Assembly: GCA_043747615.1 (NCBI GenBank)
Contig: JAYTOU010000033.1
Coordinates: 113,734 to 177,733 of the forward strand
Origin: Myxococcales bacterium
GTDB lineage: Bacteria > Myxococcota_A > Polyangia > Polyangiales > Polyangiaceae
Reading direction: 5' to 3'
DNA length: 64,000 nucleotides
The position numbers and the translations under genes are program-made. A model generated the notes under the pieces. That model was not told the DNA's origin. It saw only the letters and a program-made list of their open reading frames with translations, and did not search any database. Positions 17,576 to 27,274 of the stretch are shown here, in pieces (position 1 is the first letter of the stretch; each line of letters opens with the position of its first letter).

Positions 17576-19420
17576 ATGAGCGATCCGCCGACGCCGCTTC
17601 CCTCGTTTCCGCCGCCGCCTGCATCCGGGGAAACGATGCCCGAGACCCGCGTGGTCAAGGGAATCGCCGGCTCGCCGGGCGTGGCAGTGGGGCCCGCGCT
17701 GGTGATTGGTGAAATGCGTGCAGCCTACACGCGTCGACACATCCATACAGCGCAGATGGAGGCCGAGATCGCCCGCGTGCGAAGCGCCGTCGAGAGCGCA
17801 AAGGTCAGCCTTCGCGAGGTGAGCGCACGCATGGTGAGCGCCGCGGCTCGAAACCAGGCGCCGATCCTCGAAGCATATCTCTTGATGCTCGATGATCCGC
17901 TCCTTCACGAGCGCGTGCAGAAGAAGATCCTCGTCGAGAAAAAGTGCGCGGAGTGGGCCGTTGCTGCCTCGGGCGAAGACATCCTGCGTCTCTTTCATCC
18001 GGACACGAAGTACGAGAAGGACGCCTACATCCACGAGCGGCGGCACGACGTCGAGTTCGTTTGCGATCGCCTCCTGCGCGCGCTCATGGGGGAGCCAGGA
18101 CACCTGATTCCCCGCCTCGACCAGCCGATGATCGTCGTCGCGCGCGATCTTTCCCCAGCAGACACGGCGGGCATGGTTCGGGAGCCGGCGCTCGGCTTCG
18201 TGACCGAAGTCGGAACGCGCACCAGCCACACCTCGATCATGGCGCGCGCCCTGGAAATCCCGGCGGTGGTCGGAGTGGCGAACCTCCTCAGCCTCATTCG
18301 CACCGGCGACACGATCATCGTCGACGGACTGCGTGGCGAGATCACGATCCATCCGGACGAGCAGGCCATTGCCGATGCCCACGGCCGCTCCGCCCGGCAT
18401 CTGGCATTCGCGCGCGGACTCCTTTCGGCGCGTAACGAGCCGTGCGTGACGGCCTCGGGTGAGGTCATCACTCTCCGCGCGAACGTCGAGCTACCGGCGG
18501 AGGCGATCCTCGCGCTCGATCACGGCGCTCAAGGGATCGGTCTGTACCGCACGGAATTTTTGTACATCGATCGCTCCACGCAGCCCACAGAGGACGAGCA
18601 GTACGAGCTCTATCGCGCGGTGGTGGAAGCCGTGGCGCCCCACCCCGTGACGTTGCGCACGTTCGACATCGGCGGCGACAAGTTCGCGAGCACGTTCGAG
18701 CTTCCCGTGGAGATGAACCCGGCGCTCGGACTACGCGCGGTCCGCCTTGCGCTGAGCGAGCCGAAGGTCTTCATGACCCAACTGCGAGCGATGGTGCGAG
18801 CGAGCGCGCACGGCGACGTGCGGATCATGGTGCCCATGGTCACTACCGTCCGCGAGATGCGCGAGGTGCGCGTTTTCCTGAAGCGCGCCATGGCGGAAGT
18901 GACGGAGCGAAGCCTCTGCCATGCGGAGAACATTCCGCTCGGCATGATGATCGAGGTCCCTTCCGCCGCACTGATGGCCGACATCTTCGCGCGCGAGGCG
19001 GAATTTTTCAGCATCGGCACGAACGACCTCATTCAGTACGCCCTTGCGATCGATCGCACGAGTCGCACCCTCGCCAACCTGGCCTCACCGTTCGATCCGT
19101 CGATCCTTCGGCTCATCGCCGGTGTCGCTCGCGTCTCGCGAGAGAAAAATATTCCAACCTCGCTGTGCGGCGCGATGGCCTCCGATCCACTCGCCGCAAC
19201 CCTTCTCGTCGGTCTGGGCCTGCGCGAGCTCTCCATGGAAGCGGCTGCAATTCCCGAGATAAAAGAGGCGATTCGCCGGGTGACGCTGACCGAATGCGAA
19301 GCGGCAGCAGATGAAGCCCTCACCTGTGAGAGCGCAGAAGCCGTAGAGGGGCTCGTGGCGCGACTCTTCGCCCCCCGGTTCTTCGATCTCCTGGCAGGGA
19401 GCGCAGAAGAACCACCGTAG
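17576..19420 (+). CDS. ptsI: PEP-protein phosphotransferase, enzyme I (no GAF domain)
   Basis: GIAGSPG, TSHTSIMAR (phospho-His), GIGLYRTEFL, RTFDIGGDK, FFSIGTNDLIQY. Confidence 0.96.
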   Translation: MSDPPTPLPSFPPPPASGETMPETRVVKGIAGSPGVAVGPALVIGEMRAAYTRRHIHTAQMEAEIARVRSAVESAKVSLREVSARMVSAAARNQAPILEAYLLMLDDPLLHERVQKKILVEKKCAEWAVAASGEDILRLFHPDTKYEKDAYIHERRHDVEFVCDRLLRALMGEPGHLIPRLDQPMIVVARDLSPADTAGMVREPALGFVTEVGTRTSHTSIMARALEIPAVVGVANLLSLIRTGDTIIVDGLRGEITIHPDEQAIADAHGRSARHLAFARGLLSARNEPCVTASGEVITLRANVELPAEAILALDHGAQGIGLYRTEFLYIDRSTQPTEDEQYELYRAVVEAVAPHPVTLRTFDIGGDKFASTFELPVEMNPALGLRAVRLALSEPKVFMTQLRAMVRASAHGDVRIMVPMVTTVREMREVRVFLKRAMAEVTERSLCHAENIPLGMMIEVPSAALMADIFAREAEFFSIGTNDLIQYALAIDRTSRTLANLASPFDPSILRLIAGVARVSREKNIPTSLCGAMASDPLAATLLVGLGLRELSMEAAAIPEIKEAIRRVTLTECEAAADEALTCESAEAVEGLVARLFAPRFFDLLAGSAEEPP

Positions 19421-19500
19421 ACGCGCTCTTTGCTGGCGCCAAATCGTGGCTGAGGTGGTAGCGTGCCGCCGCCCCAACACTTGGGCGAGGTGATCCCTTC

Positions 19501-21891
19501 ATGGTCGGTCCCATTTCCAATCGGGTCGCGCGCATCGTCGCCGCGGCGCTGGTAGCGGCAGGCGCAAGCATCTTCATCGGAAGCGCGCCCGGCTGCGGCT
19601 CGAGCACCGACCCGACGCCGGTGTCGTCGGTGTGCCCGCCCGGCACCACCTGCCAGGCGAAGCTTACGCTCCTTCATACCTCCGACATTCACTCGCGGCT
19701 CCTGCCCTACAAGCTCGTGATTCTCCAGACCGACGCCGATCTCGGCCTCGGCACCTTGAACACGGTGAAGACGGTCGGCGGAGTAGCTCGCTTGGCGTAC
19801 GTGCTCGGACGTGAGCGAGCGCGGGCGGATCGCGTGCTCCACCTGGACTCGGGCGACTGTTTTCAGGGCGCACCGATCTTCAACTTCTTCTCGGGCGAGC
19901 CCGAGGTGCGATCGCAGAGCATGATGGGCACCGATGCCGCGGTGCTCGGCAACCACGAGTTCGATCGCGGCGCGCTCAACGTCACCAACCAGTTTCAGCG
20001 CTGGGCGAACTTCCCGGCCCTCGCATCGAACTACAAGCTCGACGATCCGGCGCTCCCGGCGAGCCCCAAGCTCGCAAGCATTGCTCGCCCGTTCGAGGTC
20101 TTCAATCGCGAAGGACTGAAGGTCGCGGTCATCGGGATGGCCAACCTTTCCAGCCTCACTTCGATCTTCGATCAGCCGAACCGCGTCGGCGTCACGCCGC
20201 TCAACACCGCAGAGACCGCGCAATTTTACATCGACTTGCTGCGCCCGCACGTGGACGTGATCGTGATGCTCAGCCACCTCGGCCTTCAGGTGGACGAGGA
20301 CATGGTACGGCGCACGACGGGCATCGACGTGGTGCTCGGCGGACACAATCACATCGTCATCAACCCGCCTCAGGAGCTGCGTGACTGCACCGCAGATCCG
20401 CTCAACCCGGGCTACGTCTGGGCCGTCGATCCGAACATCGACGTGAACCTCGGGGGCAACCCACCGAACGACGAGGCTCATCCCGATCCAGTGAATCATC
20501 CCTACGGATTCCGGCGGCCGTGCAAGCCGAGAAACGTGATCATCGCCCACTCAGGCGCATTTGCGAAGTACGTGGGGCGCCTCGATCTCGTGCTCTCGAA
20601 CAAGCCCGGGGAAGCCTCGCCGACGGGCGATCCGGTCGATTACGATCCGACCAACGGCTTCGAGGTCGTCTCCAGCAAGTACGTGCCGTTCCCGATCGAC
20701 GACAGCGTTCCCGAAGCGCCGACAATGGTCGATCTCCTCCAGCCCTACCGGCGAACCCTCGATCGGGTCGCGGATCTCGACATCCTCGCCGGCTACTCGC
20801 CCGACGGCGCGAAGCGCACGGCGCCCCAGGGCGGCGACTCACCGCTCGGCAATCTGATCGCGACAGCGATGTGGCTGCGCCTCGGCATTCAGACCGATTT
20901 TTCGTTGACCAACACGACCGGCATCCGCACCGATCTCAACCCCGGACCGATCAGCATCGAGGAGATGTACAACATCTTCCCGTTCGACAACTCCATCTCG
21001 AAAATGCAGCTCTCGGGGAGCGAGGTCGAGCAGATGTTCGACTTCGTGGCGCGTCGGTCGAGCGGCCGGAGCTGCACCAGCCAGGCCCAAATCGCGGGGG
21101 CGCGCGTGCGACTCAATTGCGGAGGGTGCAACCGCGTCGACTCGGGCACAGCCTGCACCGCAGACATCGACTGCAACTCCTTCGAGAACGGCTGCGACAC
21201 CAAGAAGGGGCACTGCCGCCTCAACGCCTGCGCCGAGCAGATTTACATCGGGCACACCTCGACGGTTTGTACTTCGGACATGGACTGCGCAGATGCCAAC
21301 GGCTACGTGAGCCCGGGCATCTGCGACAAGGCACCCACCGCCCCGATGGGGCGCTGCCAATCGCTGATCTCGCCGACGAACCTCTACGAGCTCGCGACCA
21401 GCAACTACCTCGCCACCGGCGGCTCCGGCTTCCGCGTCCTTCAGCGAAACACTACCCAGTTCGACACCCTCATCCAGCAGCGCGACGCGCTCATCGACTA
21501 CCTGCGCCAAGGCAAGCCGTGCGGCTACAAGAAGAGCACGCCGACGGCAGAGGGGCTCAAAGCCTGCAGCAATGACGGCGACTGCGCCAGCGAAGGCGCG
21601 TTCGTTTGCGCTTGCCCCACGCACTCCGTCGACGGCCAGTTCATGGGCGCGAACGCCTGCGTGACGGACACGGCCGGATGCGACATGGCGCAAGGTCGCT
21701 GCGTCCTGCGCACGTGCCGCGACGACGTGGCCAACGTGCACCGCGAGAGATGCCTCGGGTCCACCGACTCGAGCTGCAACGCCGATTTGAATGCCTGTTC
21801 TCTCGCCGGCGAAGAATGCAAAATCCTATCGTGCGTGGACAAGACCGTCGGCAACCTGACCGACAATCGCGTGGAGATGCTCGGCCGATGA
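19501..21891 (+). CDS. Lipoprotein metallophosphatase/5'-nucleotidase with Cys-rich insert and tail
   Basis: APGC lipobox-like site; HTSDIH, DSGDCFQG, GNHEFD, LSHLG, GGHNH; 5'-nucleotidase C domain (SPLGNLIA, GIRTDL, IFPFDN, SNYLATGGSGF). Confidence 0.88.
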   Translation: MVGPISNRVARIVAAALVAAGASIFIGSAPGCGSSTDPTPVSSVCPPGTTCQAKLTLLHTSDIHSRLLPYKLVILQTDADLGLGTLNTVKTVGGVARLAYVLGRERARADRVLHLDSGDCFQGAPIFNFFSGEPEVRSQSMMGTDAAVLGNHEFDRGALNVTNQFQRWANFPALASNYKLDDPALPASPKLASIARPFEVFNREGLKVAVIGMANLSSLTSIFDQPNRVGVTPLNTAETAQFYIDLLRPHVDVIVMLSHLGLQVDEDMVRRTTGIDVVLGGHNHIVINPPQELRDCTADPLNPGYVWAVDPNIDVNLGGNPPNDEAHPDPVNHPYGFRRPCKPRNVIIAHSGAFAKYVGRLDLVLSNKPGEASPTGDPVDYDPTNGFEVVSSKYVPFPIDDSVPEAPTMVDLLQPYRRTLDRVADLDILAGYSPDGAKRTAPQGGDSPLGNLIATAMWLRLGIQTDFSLTNTTGIRTDLNPGPISIEEMYNIFPFDNSISKMQLSGSEVEQMFDFVARRSSGRSCTSQAQIAGARVRLNCGGCNRVDSGTACTADIDCNSFENGCDTKKGHCRLNACAEQIYIGHTSTVCTSDMDCADANGYVSPGICDKAPTAPMGRCQSLISPTNLYELATSNYLATGGSGFRVLQRNTTQFDTLIQQRDALIDYLRQGKPCGYKKSTPTAEGLKACSNDGDCASEGAFVCACPTHSVDGQFMGANACVTDTAGCDMAQGRCVLRTCRDDVANVHRERCLGSTDSSCNADLNACSLAGEECKILSCVDKTVGNLTDNRVEMLGR

Positions 21892-23585
21892 GCGCGCTTC
21901 CGGATAGCCGACGGACTCGACTCACGCGCGGTCTCGGCGCCGCACTCGTCGTGAGCATGGCCCTCGCGGGCTGCAGGGATAGCTTCGGCACCGTTCGCTC
22001 GTCGAACACCATCGATGTGTCGATCAAGAGCGGCGATCGCGGCAAGGCTGACGCGCGTCTGCCGCTGTCGCTGAGCACACCCGCGCACTTCACGGTCACC
22101 ATCGTGGCCCGCAACCCGCAAGGAACGCCGGACCCAACCTTCAACGGTTACGTGCGGATCTCGGTGAAGCCCGGCCAGGTCCTGCCGATCACCACGCCCG
22201 GCGGAAACGGACGCAACGTCCTTCTGAAGAACGGCGCAGCCGACGACGTCGGCGTCGATGTCCTCGGCGCGTACGGAGACTCTCACATTTGGGTCGATGA
22301 CGTCGGCTATCAGCCCGCCGATCCGACGGGCACGCCGCCCCCACAGTGCTCCGACGGAGTCGACAACAACAGCAACGGCGTCGTCGATTTTCCATCGGAC
22401 CCGGGTTGTGCGTTTGCCAACGACGACAGCGAAGATGGGGGCAGCTACGTCGCGGGGACGTCGGAGACCATGTTTTTCGGCTCTCCTCGCATCGAAGACG
22501 TGCGTGGGTTCAAGGGCGGAGGCAGCTCGACCCCGTTCTCCCACGAGCAGATCCTCCTCGACACGGGCTACCGATCGAAGACCAACAACTTCGACTTCAG
22601 CGTGGTCGTGACCCGGATCTCTGCAGACGGTTTTTACGCCGCGGACCTCGAAGACGACCGTGTCGATCGTAAGGTGCCGCAGTTCCTCACGGACGGACGA
22701 CACGGGTATTCCAGCGTCTTCGCCTTCAATTTTTCCGCGCCGCCAAAGCTCCGAGTGTGCGATCGCCTGACGACCTTCACGGGCACGGCGAGCGATTTTT
22801 TTGGCTTCACGGAGCTTGGATTCCCAACGTGGAGCGTCGAGGAATACGACCCGGCGAAGCGCGACTGCTTGGTGCCCGAGCCCTACGAGTTCGACGTTCC
22901 CGGCTTGAGCAGCACTCCCATCAAGCTCCGCTACGAGTCGGCGCTCGTTCGCATCGCTGCCGGTCCGCACAAGATCCTCGACGTCGGTGCGCCCACTTCT
23001 ACCGATCGCGACGGTGACGGTGTGGCCGACACGGTCGACGCATGTCCCGACGTGCCCGGGCGGCCCGCAGCCGATCCCACGAAGAACGGCTGTGCCCCCG
23101 TCTTCACTCTGCACATCGGCAGGCACTTCGGCCTCAATTTCCCGAAGGATCCCGCCTACGCGCCCGCCGACGACGCCACCAACTGCGATCTCAATCGCAA
23201 CGGCAAGATCGACCACACGGCCGGCAACCCCGAGGCGACGTGCGCCGACGCATGCACGGCCGATCCGGAGTGCACCGAATATTCTAACTTCGCTACGCGC
23301 TCCGAATTCCGCGTGGTGTTGACCGACGTCACCAACCCGGCGACCCCCAGCGTGGGGAGCATTCAAGCCAACGCCAGCACGGCATCGCGCATCGATCCTC
23401 TCGCCCTCCGCGGCCAAGACATCAAATCGTTCAGCGGCACGTTCCGATACTTCTCGGGCGGATCGCAGTTCACGATCGAAGCCCGCTGCCAAGACGACAT
23501 CGTCGTCGATTCGAACCTGCAACCGATGCTCTCTAAAGACGCTTGCGTCGTGGTTCGGACGTTGGCTGAGCAAACCGCAAATTGA
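21888..23585 (+). CDS. Lipoprotein with ExeM/YhcR-like OB fold and Ca-binding Asp/Cys motifs
   Basis: LAGC lipobox; ATGA overlap; VVTRI..DGFYAAD...SSVFAF...RVCDRL...GT.SDFFGFTEL...RYESALVRI; TSP3-like DRDGDGVADTVDACPDVPG; CSDGVDNNSNGVVDFPSDPGC. Confidence 0.7.
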   Translation: MSALPDSRRTRLTRGLGAALVVSMALAGCRDSFGTVRSSNTIDVSIKSGDRGKADARLPLSLSTPAHFTVTIVARNPQGTPDPTFNGYVRISVKPGQVLPITTPGGNGRNVLLKNGAADDVGVDVLGAYGDSHIWVDDVGYQPADPTGTPPPQCSDGVDNNSNGVVDFPSDPGCAFANDDSEDGGSYVAGTSETMFFGSPRIEDVRGFKGGGSSTPFSHEQILLDTGYRSKTNNFDFSVVVTRISADGFYAADLEDDRVDRKVPQFLTDGRHGYSSVFAFNFSAPPKLRVCDRLTTFTGTASDFFGFTELGFPTWSVEEYDPAKRDCLVPEPYEFDVPGLSSTPIKLRYESALVRIAAGPHKILDVGAPTSTDRDGDGVADTVDACPDVPGRPAADPTKNGCAPVFTLHIGRHFGLNFPKDPAYAPADDATNCDLNRNGKIDHTAGNPEATCADACTADPECTEYSNFATRSEFRVVLTDVTNPATPSVGSIQANASTASRIDPLALRGQDIKSFSGTFRYFSGGSQFTIEARCQDDIVVDSNLQPMLSKDACVVVRTLAEQTAN

Positions 23586-23642
23586 TTTGAGTCGTCCATT
23601 GCTCATAACGGTAGTCGGCCGATCTCGACAGGAGCTTTTTTG

Positions 23643-25412
23643 ATGCGTTCGTCATCCCTGGTTTTTCCGCTGATCGCTGCGTCTTTTTTCACCGCGACGC
23701 AGCTTCACGCGCAGCCGGCTCCCGCGGCGGGCGCAACGACTCCGAGTCCGACCGATCCGAGCGTCGGAACGACGCCCCCGACGACAGCCGCGGCGCCGCC
23801 CGCCAGTGACACGGGCGTTGCACCCGTCACGAAAGTGGACGCGAGCTACGACGTGACTGGCACAGCAGGGGCTCGCGCAGTCGGCCTGCCGCCGCCGGGA
23901 GTGAACTACGGAAATTTCATGGACACGCGTCTCACCTGGACGTTCGGTGACGACGACTTCACCCACGCGACGGGCCAGCTCATTCCGCTGTCGCCGACGT
24001 TCTCCATCGGCGATCGCCCGCAGTACCGCATGTTCTTCGACAACTTGAACTCGCGCTTCAGCGGCCGCGAAAATCTCACCCACCTGGTCATGTACAAGAA
24101 GATGCCGGCGTTCATCGACAAGATGACGACGGAAGCAGCGATGGTCCTGCGCTTCGATCTCGCGGCGCTTGCCTCGAGCAGCAACAACTTGAACTCGGCG
24201 CTGCAAGACGCGGGTTCGTACATTCGAATTTTCTACAACACGTCCTCCAAGGACGAAAAAGAAGGCCTCTCGGCGGTCTTTTTCCCCCTCGACACCGACC
24301 GCTTTCGTCTCGGCTACCTCTACGACATCAGCTGGGGCGGCACTGCCGCGTCGATCAATCAGTCGATCTTTCCGCGTATCCAAGGGTCCTCCCCCGGCCT
24401 CAAGCTGCAATACGACGCAAAGAAATATTACGCGTTCGGCGGCTTCAAGACGGCGACCATCATCCAGCCGCAGCAAGTCCTCAGCCCGGGCGGCGAGAAC
24501 GACGTCGAGGTCGTACGCGTCGGCGAAACGAACTTCGGATTTTTGGGGGGATTCGGCGTCGATCCGCTCGAGAACGTCCGCTTCGATGCGGGCGCGGGTT
24601 ACTTCCAGCAAGGAAAGTTCGATCTCGAGGACGTCCGCGGAAAGTCCGTCTACACGTACGGCGCCTCGGGGCGCGTCGTAGTCCACCATCACATGCCGGT
24701 CCCGCAGTCGGTCGACTTCCGACTCTACCGAAACGATCCATTCGCGCCGCAGATCATCTTCAACGCGGAGAAATACGACGCGAAAGAAGTCGCATGGAGC
24801 GTGAGCGGCGAAGGCTCCGTCCTCAGGCAAGCCCTCAAGGACTTCGACAAGGCAGGCATCGTAAAAGAGCAGTCGGCGGTCGCCGCGGCGATTCAAGGCG
24901 TCGTTCGAGCGGGCTATGCGCGCTTGAGCGTCAGCGGCATCTATCGCAACTTGAACTTCGTCGTGCGCAACGTCCCTGGCTTCATTCCGTTCGAGACCCT
25001 CCCGGGCGGAACGAAGACCGATCCCGAGCTTTTCGGCGCGGTCGGGGCCGACTACCACTTCCCGAAGTTTCACCTCACGCCGGGCATCGGCGCCGGGATC
25101 CAGCTGCCGGCGACGTTCCGTAGCGAGTTTACCAACGGCGGCGTTCCCGCATCGCGCACCATCGTGGTCCGCAGCCAGGGCGACGAGTCGATCCTCCCCT
25201 ATGACAAGGGCCGCACGGCAATCTACCAAGCGCGTGCCAGTCTCCGCTGGGACATCTCAGGCATGCTCGCGGCGAACCTCTTCGTCCAAGTCGTCCGCGA
25301 CAACAACGGCACCCTCGTCGTGCGCGATCCGACGGAGGGAACGGCATCCCTCCGCGTTTTCCAGAGCCCGAACCGCGTCGGCACGGGCCTCTCTATCCAG
25401 GCGCGTTTCTAA
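23643..25412 (+). CDS. Putative outer-membrane beta-barrel/porin
   Basis: Signal peptide (LHA-Q), P/T/A-rich linker, amphipathic strands, terminal GLSIQARF. Confidence 0.7.
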   Translation: MRSSSLVFPLIAASFFTATQLHAQPAPAAGATTPSPTDPSVGTTPPTTAAAPPASDTGVAPVTKVDASYDVTGTAGARAVGLPPPGVNYGNFMDTRLTWTFGDDDFTHATGQLIPLSPTFSIGDRPQYRMFFDNLNSRFSGRENLTHLVMYKKMPAFIDKMTTEAAMVLRFDLAALASSSNNLNSALQDAGSYIRIFYNTSSKDEKEGLSAVFFPLDTDRFRLGYLYDISWGGTAASINQSIFPRIQGSSPGLKLQYDAKKYYAFGGFKTATIIQPQQVLSPGGENDVEVVRVGETNFGFLGGFGVDPLENVRFDAGAGYFQQGKFDLEDVRGKSVYTYGASGRVVVHHHMPVPQSVDFRLYRNDPFAPQIIFNAEKYDAKEVAWSVSGEGSVLRQALKDFDKAGIVKEQSAVAAAIQGVVRAGYARLSVSGIYRNLNFVVRNVPGFIPFETLPGGTKTDPELFGAVGADYHFPKFHLTPGIGAGIQLPATFRSEFTNGGVPASRTIVVRSQGDESILPYDKGRTAIYQARASLRWDISGMLAANLFVQVVRDNNGTLVVRDPTEGTASLRVFQSPNRVGTGLSIQARF

Positions 25413-25425
25413 CCGACTTTCCGCG

Positions 25426-25456
25426 AACGTAGGGGCTGCCCCGCAGCCTCGACGTT
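25426..25456. terminator. Hairpin between convergent genes
   Basis: AACGT-a-GGGGCTGC-ccc-GCAGCCTC-g-ACGTT. Confidence 0.45.
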
Positions 25457-25481
25457 GGCTCCGCAGGCGGGCCAGGGCATC

Positions 25482-27191
25482 TCAGTCGTTTGCCTTGCGG
25501 CGGAAGCTCCGCGCGATCGGCCCGACGCCCCCGGCGATGAGCGCCCCCAAGAAGCTCGCGACGAAGAGCCCCGTGTCCCACACGCCGCTCGTCAGCTCCA
25601 TCGCGTGACGCAGGACGACGGTGCAGACGACACGCACGACGACGGCGGCAACACCGTAGGTCACGAACGCCGCCGCCGCGGTGCGCTTCAGATCGGTGGC
25701 GAGCTCGAGCGCTTTCACGCTGTTCGGCCAGACTGTCTTGCGCACGTGGAGAATGAACAGCACGGCGGGTGTGATCGCCGCAAACGCGCTCCCCACCGTG
25801 AGGAGAATAGACTCCGTGAGCGTCAGCTCTCCGTCTCGAAAAAAACGAACCACGCCGCCGAGCGCGTCCACGAAACCGACGAGGAGCCATAGCGCCAGAC
25901 CAACGGTGAGGGCGATGATCGTCGGCCGAGCGAGCTGAGCTGCGCGCGCCTCTTTTTGCAGACTCTCCCCGGAGCCCGCGTTCGCGACCAGGGTGCGCGC
26001 CGTGACGTCGAGCTTCTGCGGCTTGCCGTGAGAGACGATCGTGGTCTCGCCTCTTTTTAGGAGGGTCTGCATGGCGACCGACGTGGGCGCCGAAGGATCG
26101 TCGAAGGGCTCTAGAGCGGCCTCGAGCTCGAGCATCGTCTGGTAACGCTCGCGCGCATCTTTGGCCATCGCGCGCTGGACGACGAGCTCCATTCCCTCGG
26201 GAATTTGCGGGTGAATCGCACGCGGGCGCGGAGGCTCGGAGGTGAGGACCATCGTGAGCGTCGCCGTCGCGTCGTCGTTCTCGAACGGGCGCTGACCGGT
26301 GAGGAGTGAATACAGAAGTGCCCCCACGGCGTAGACGTCGGCTCGGTGATCGACCTTGTCGCCGCGGGCCTGCTCCGGCGCCATGTACGACGGCGTCCCC
26401 ATGATCATTCCGGTGCGCGTGAGCTGAGTGTTGCCGTGCGCGGCTTTGCTGATCCCGAAGTCGAGTACCTTCACGTGCGGGAGCCCGTCGCGCGGGATGA
26501 GAAAAACGTTCTCCGGTTTCATGTCTCGATGAACGATCCCGAGAGCGTGCGCCGCGTTGAGGGCGCGGCAGATTTGGCGGGTAATTCCGGCCGCCATCGA
26601 CACGTCGAGCCTGCCCACTTTTTTGAGGTGCTCGCCGAGCTCTTCGCCCGCGAGGTATTCTCCGACGAGGTAGGGAACGCCTTCCGGAGTCTTGTGCACG
26701 TCGAAGACATCGAGCACGTTCGGATGACCGATGGCGCTCGAGCTCTGCGCCTCGCGCTGGAAACGAAGGACGACGTCGGCGTCGCGCGCGAACTCCGCGT
26801 TCAGGACCTTCACGGCAAAGCGGCGTTCGGTGAGCCGAAGATGCTTCGCCTCGTAGACCCGCCCCATTCCTCCTTCGCCGACCAGCCGAACGATCTGGTA
26901 CGTCTCCCCGAGCACGCGCCCGATCAGCGGATCGACCCCGACGACTGCGTCACCTTCCAGGGGAGTCGCGTCGCGCGGACAGACCAAGAAATCCGCCGGG
27001 TAGCGGTTTTGACAGGTAGAGCAGCGCTTCGGAAGCGCCGGCTCGGCTTCAGGGACGGTCGGCGAAACGCCCGACGGAGGCCCACAGGCGGGGGCCGCGA
27101 GCGGAGCGCTGGCGAGCGGTTTGGTGACGATCCGGGCCGAGCCCGCGGGGGCAACGTGGGGCTCTTCACCCTCCCGCGACGGGGTCGTCAT
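25482..27191 (-). CDS. Hanks-type Ser/Thr kinase with N-terminal Zn-ribbon-like motif and C-terminal TM helices
   Basis: GEGGMGRVY, AVKVL, HRDMKPEN, DFGISK, GTPSYMAPEQ; CSTC..CPRD; about four hydrophobic segments at the C-terminus. Confidence 0.93.
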   Translation of the reverse strand: MTTPSREGEEPHVAPAGSARIVTKPLASAPLAAPACGPPSGVSPTVPEAEPALPKRCSTCQNRYPADFLVCPRDATPLEGDAVVGVDPLIGRVLGETYQIVRLVGEGGMGRVYEAKHLRLTERRFAVKVLNAEFARDADVVLRFQREAQSSSAIGHPNVLDVFDVHKTPEGVPYLVGEYLAGEELGEHLKKVGRLDVSMAAGITRQICRALNAAHALGIVHRDMKPENVFLIPRDGLPHVKVLDFGISKAAHGNTQLTRTGMIMGTPSYMAPEQARGDKVDHRADVYAVGALLYSLLTGQRPFENDDATATLTMVLTSEPPRPRAIHPQIPEGMELVVQRAMAKDARERYQTMLELEAALEPFDDPSAPTSVAMQTLLKRGETTIVSHGKPQKLDVTARTLVANAGSGESLQKEARAAQLARPTIIALTVGLALWLLVGFVDALGGVVRFFRDGELTLTESILLTVGSAFAAITPAVLFILHVRKTVWPNSVKALELATDLKRTAAAAFVTYGVAAVVVRVVCTVVLRHAMELTSGVWDTGLFVASFLGALIAGGVGPIARSFRRKAND

Positions 27192-27240
27192 CAGGCTGAT
27201 GAGCTTACCACGTCCGCCCGAATCCTCGGGAAATCGTCGA

Positions 27241-27268
27241 TTGACGACGGTCCCCCCGCGCCTATACT
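27241..27268 (+). promoter_or_regulatory. Sigma70 promoter of rpsO-pnp
   Basis: TTGACG-N16-TATACT. Confidence 0.75.
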
Positions 27269-27274
27269 GCGCCC

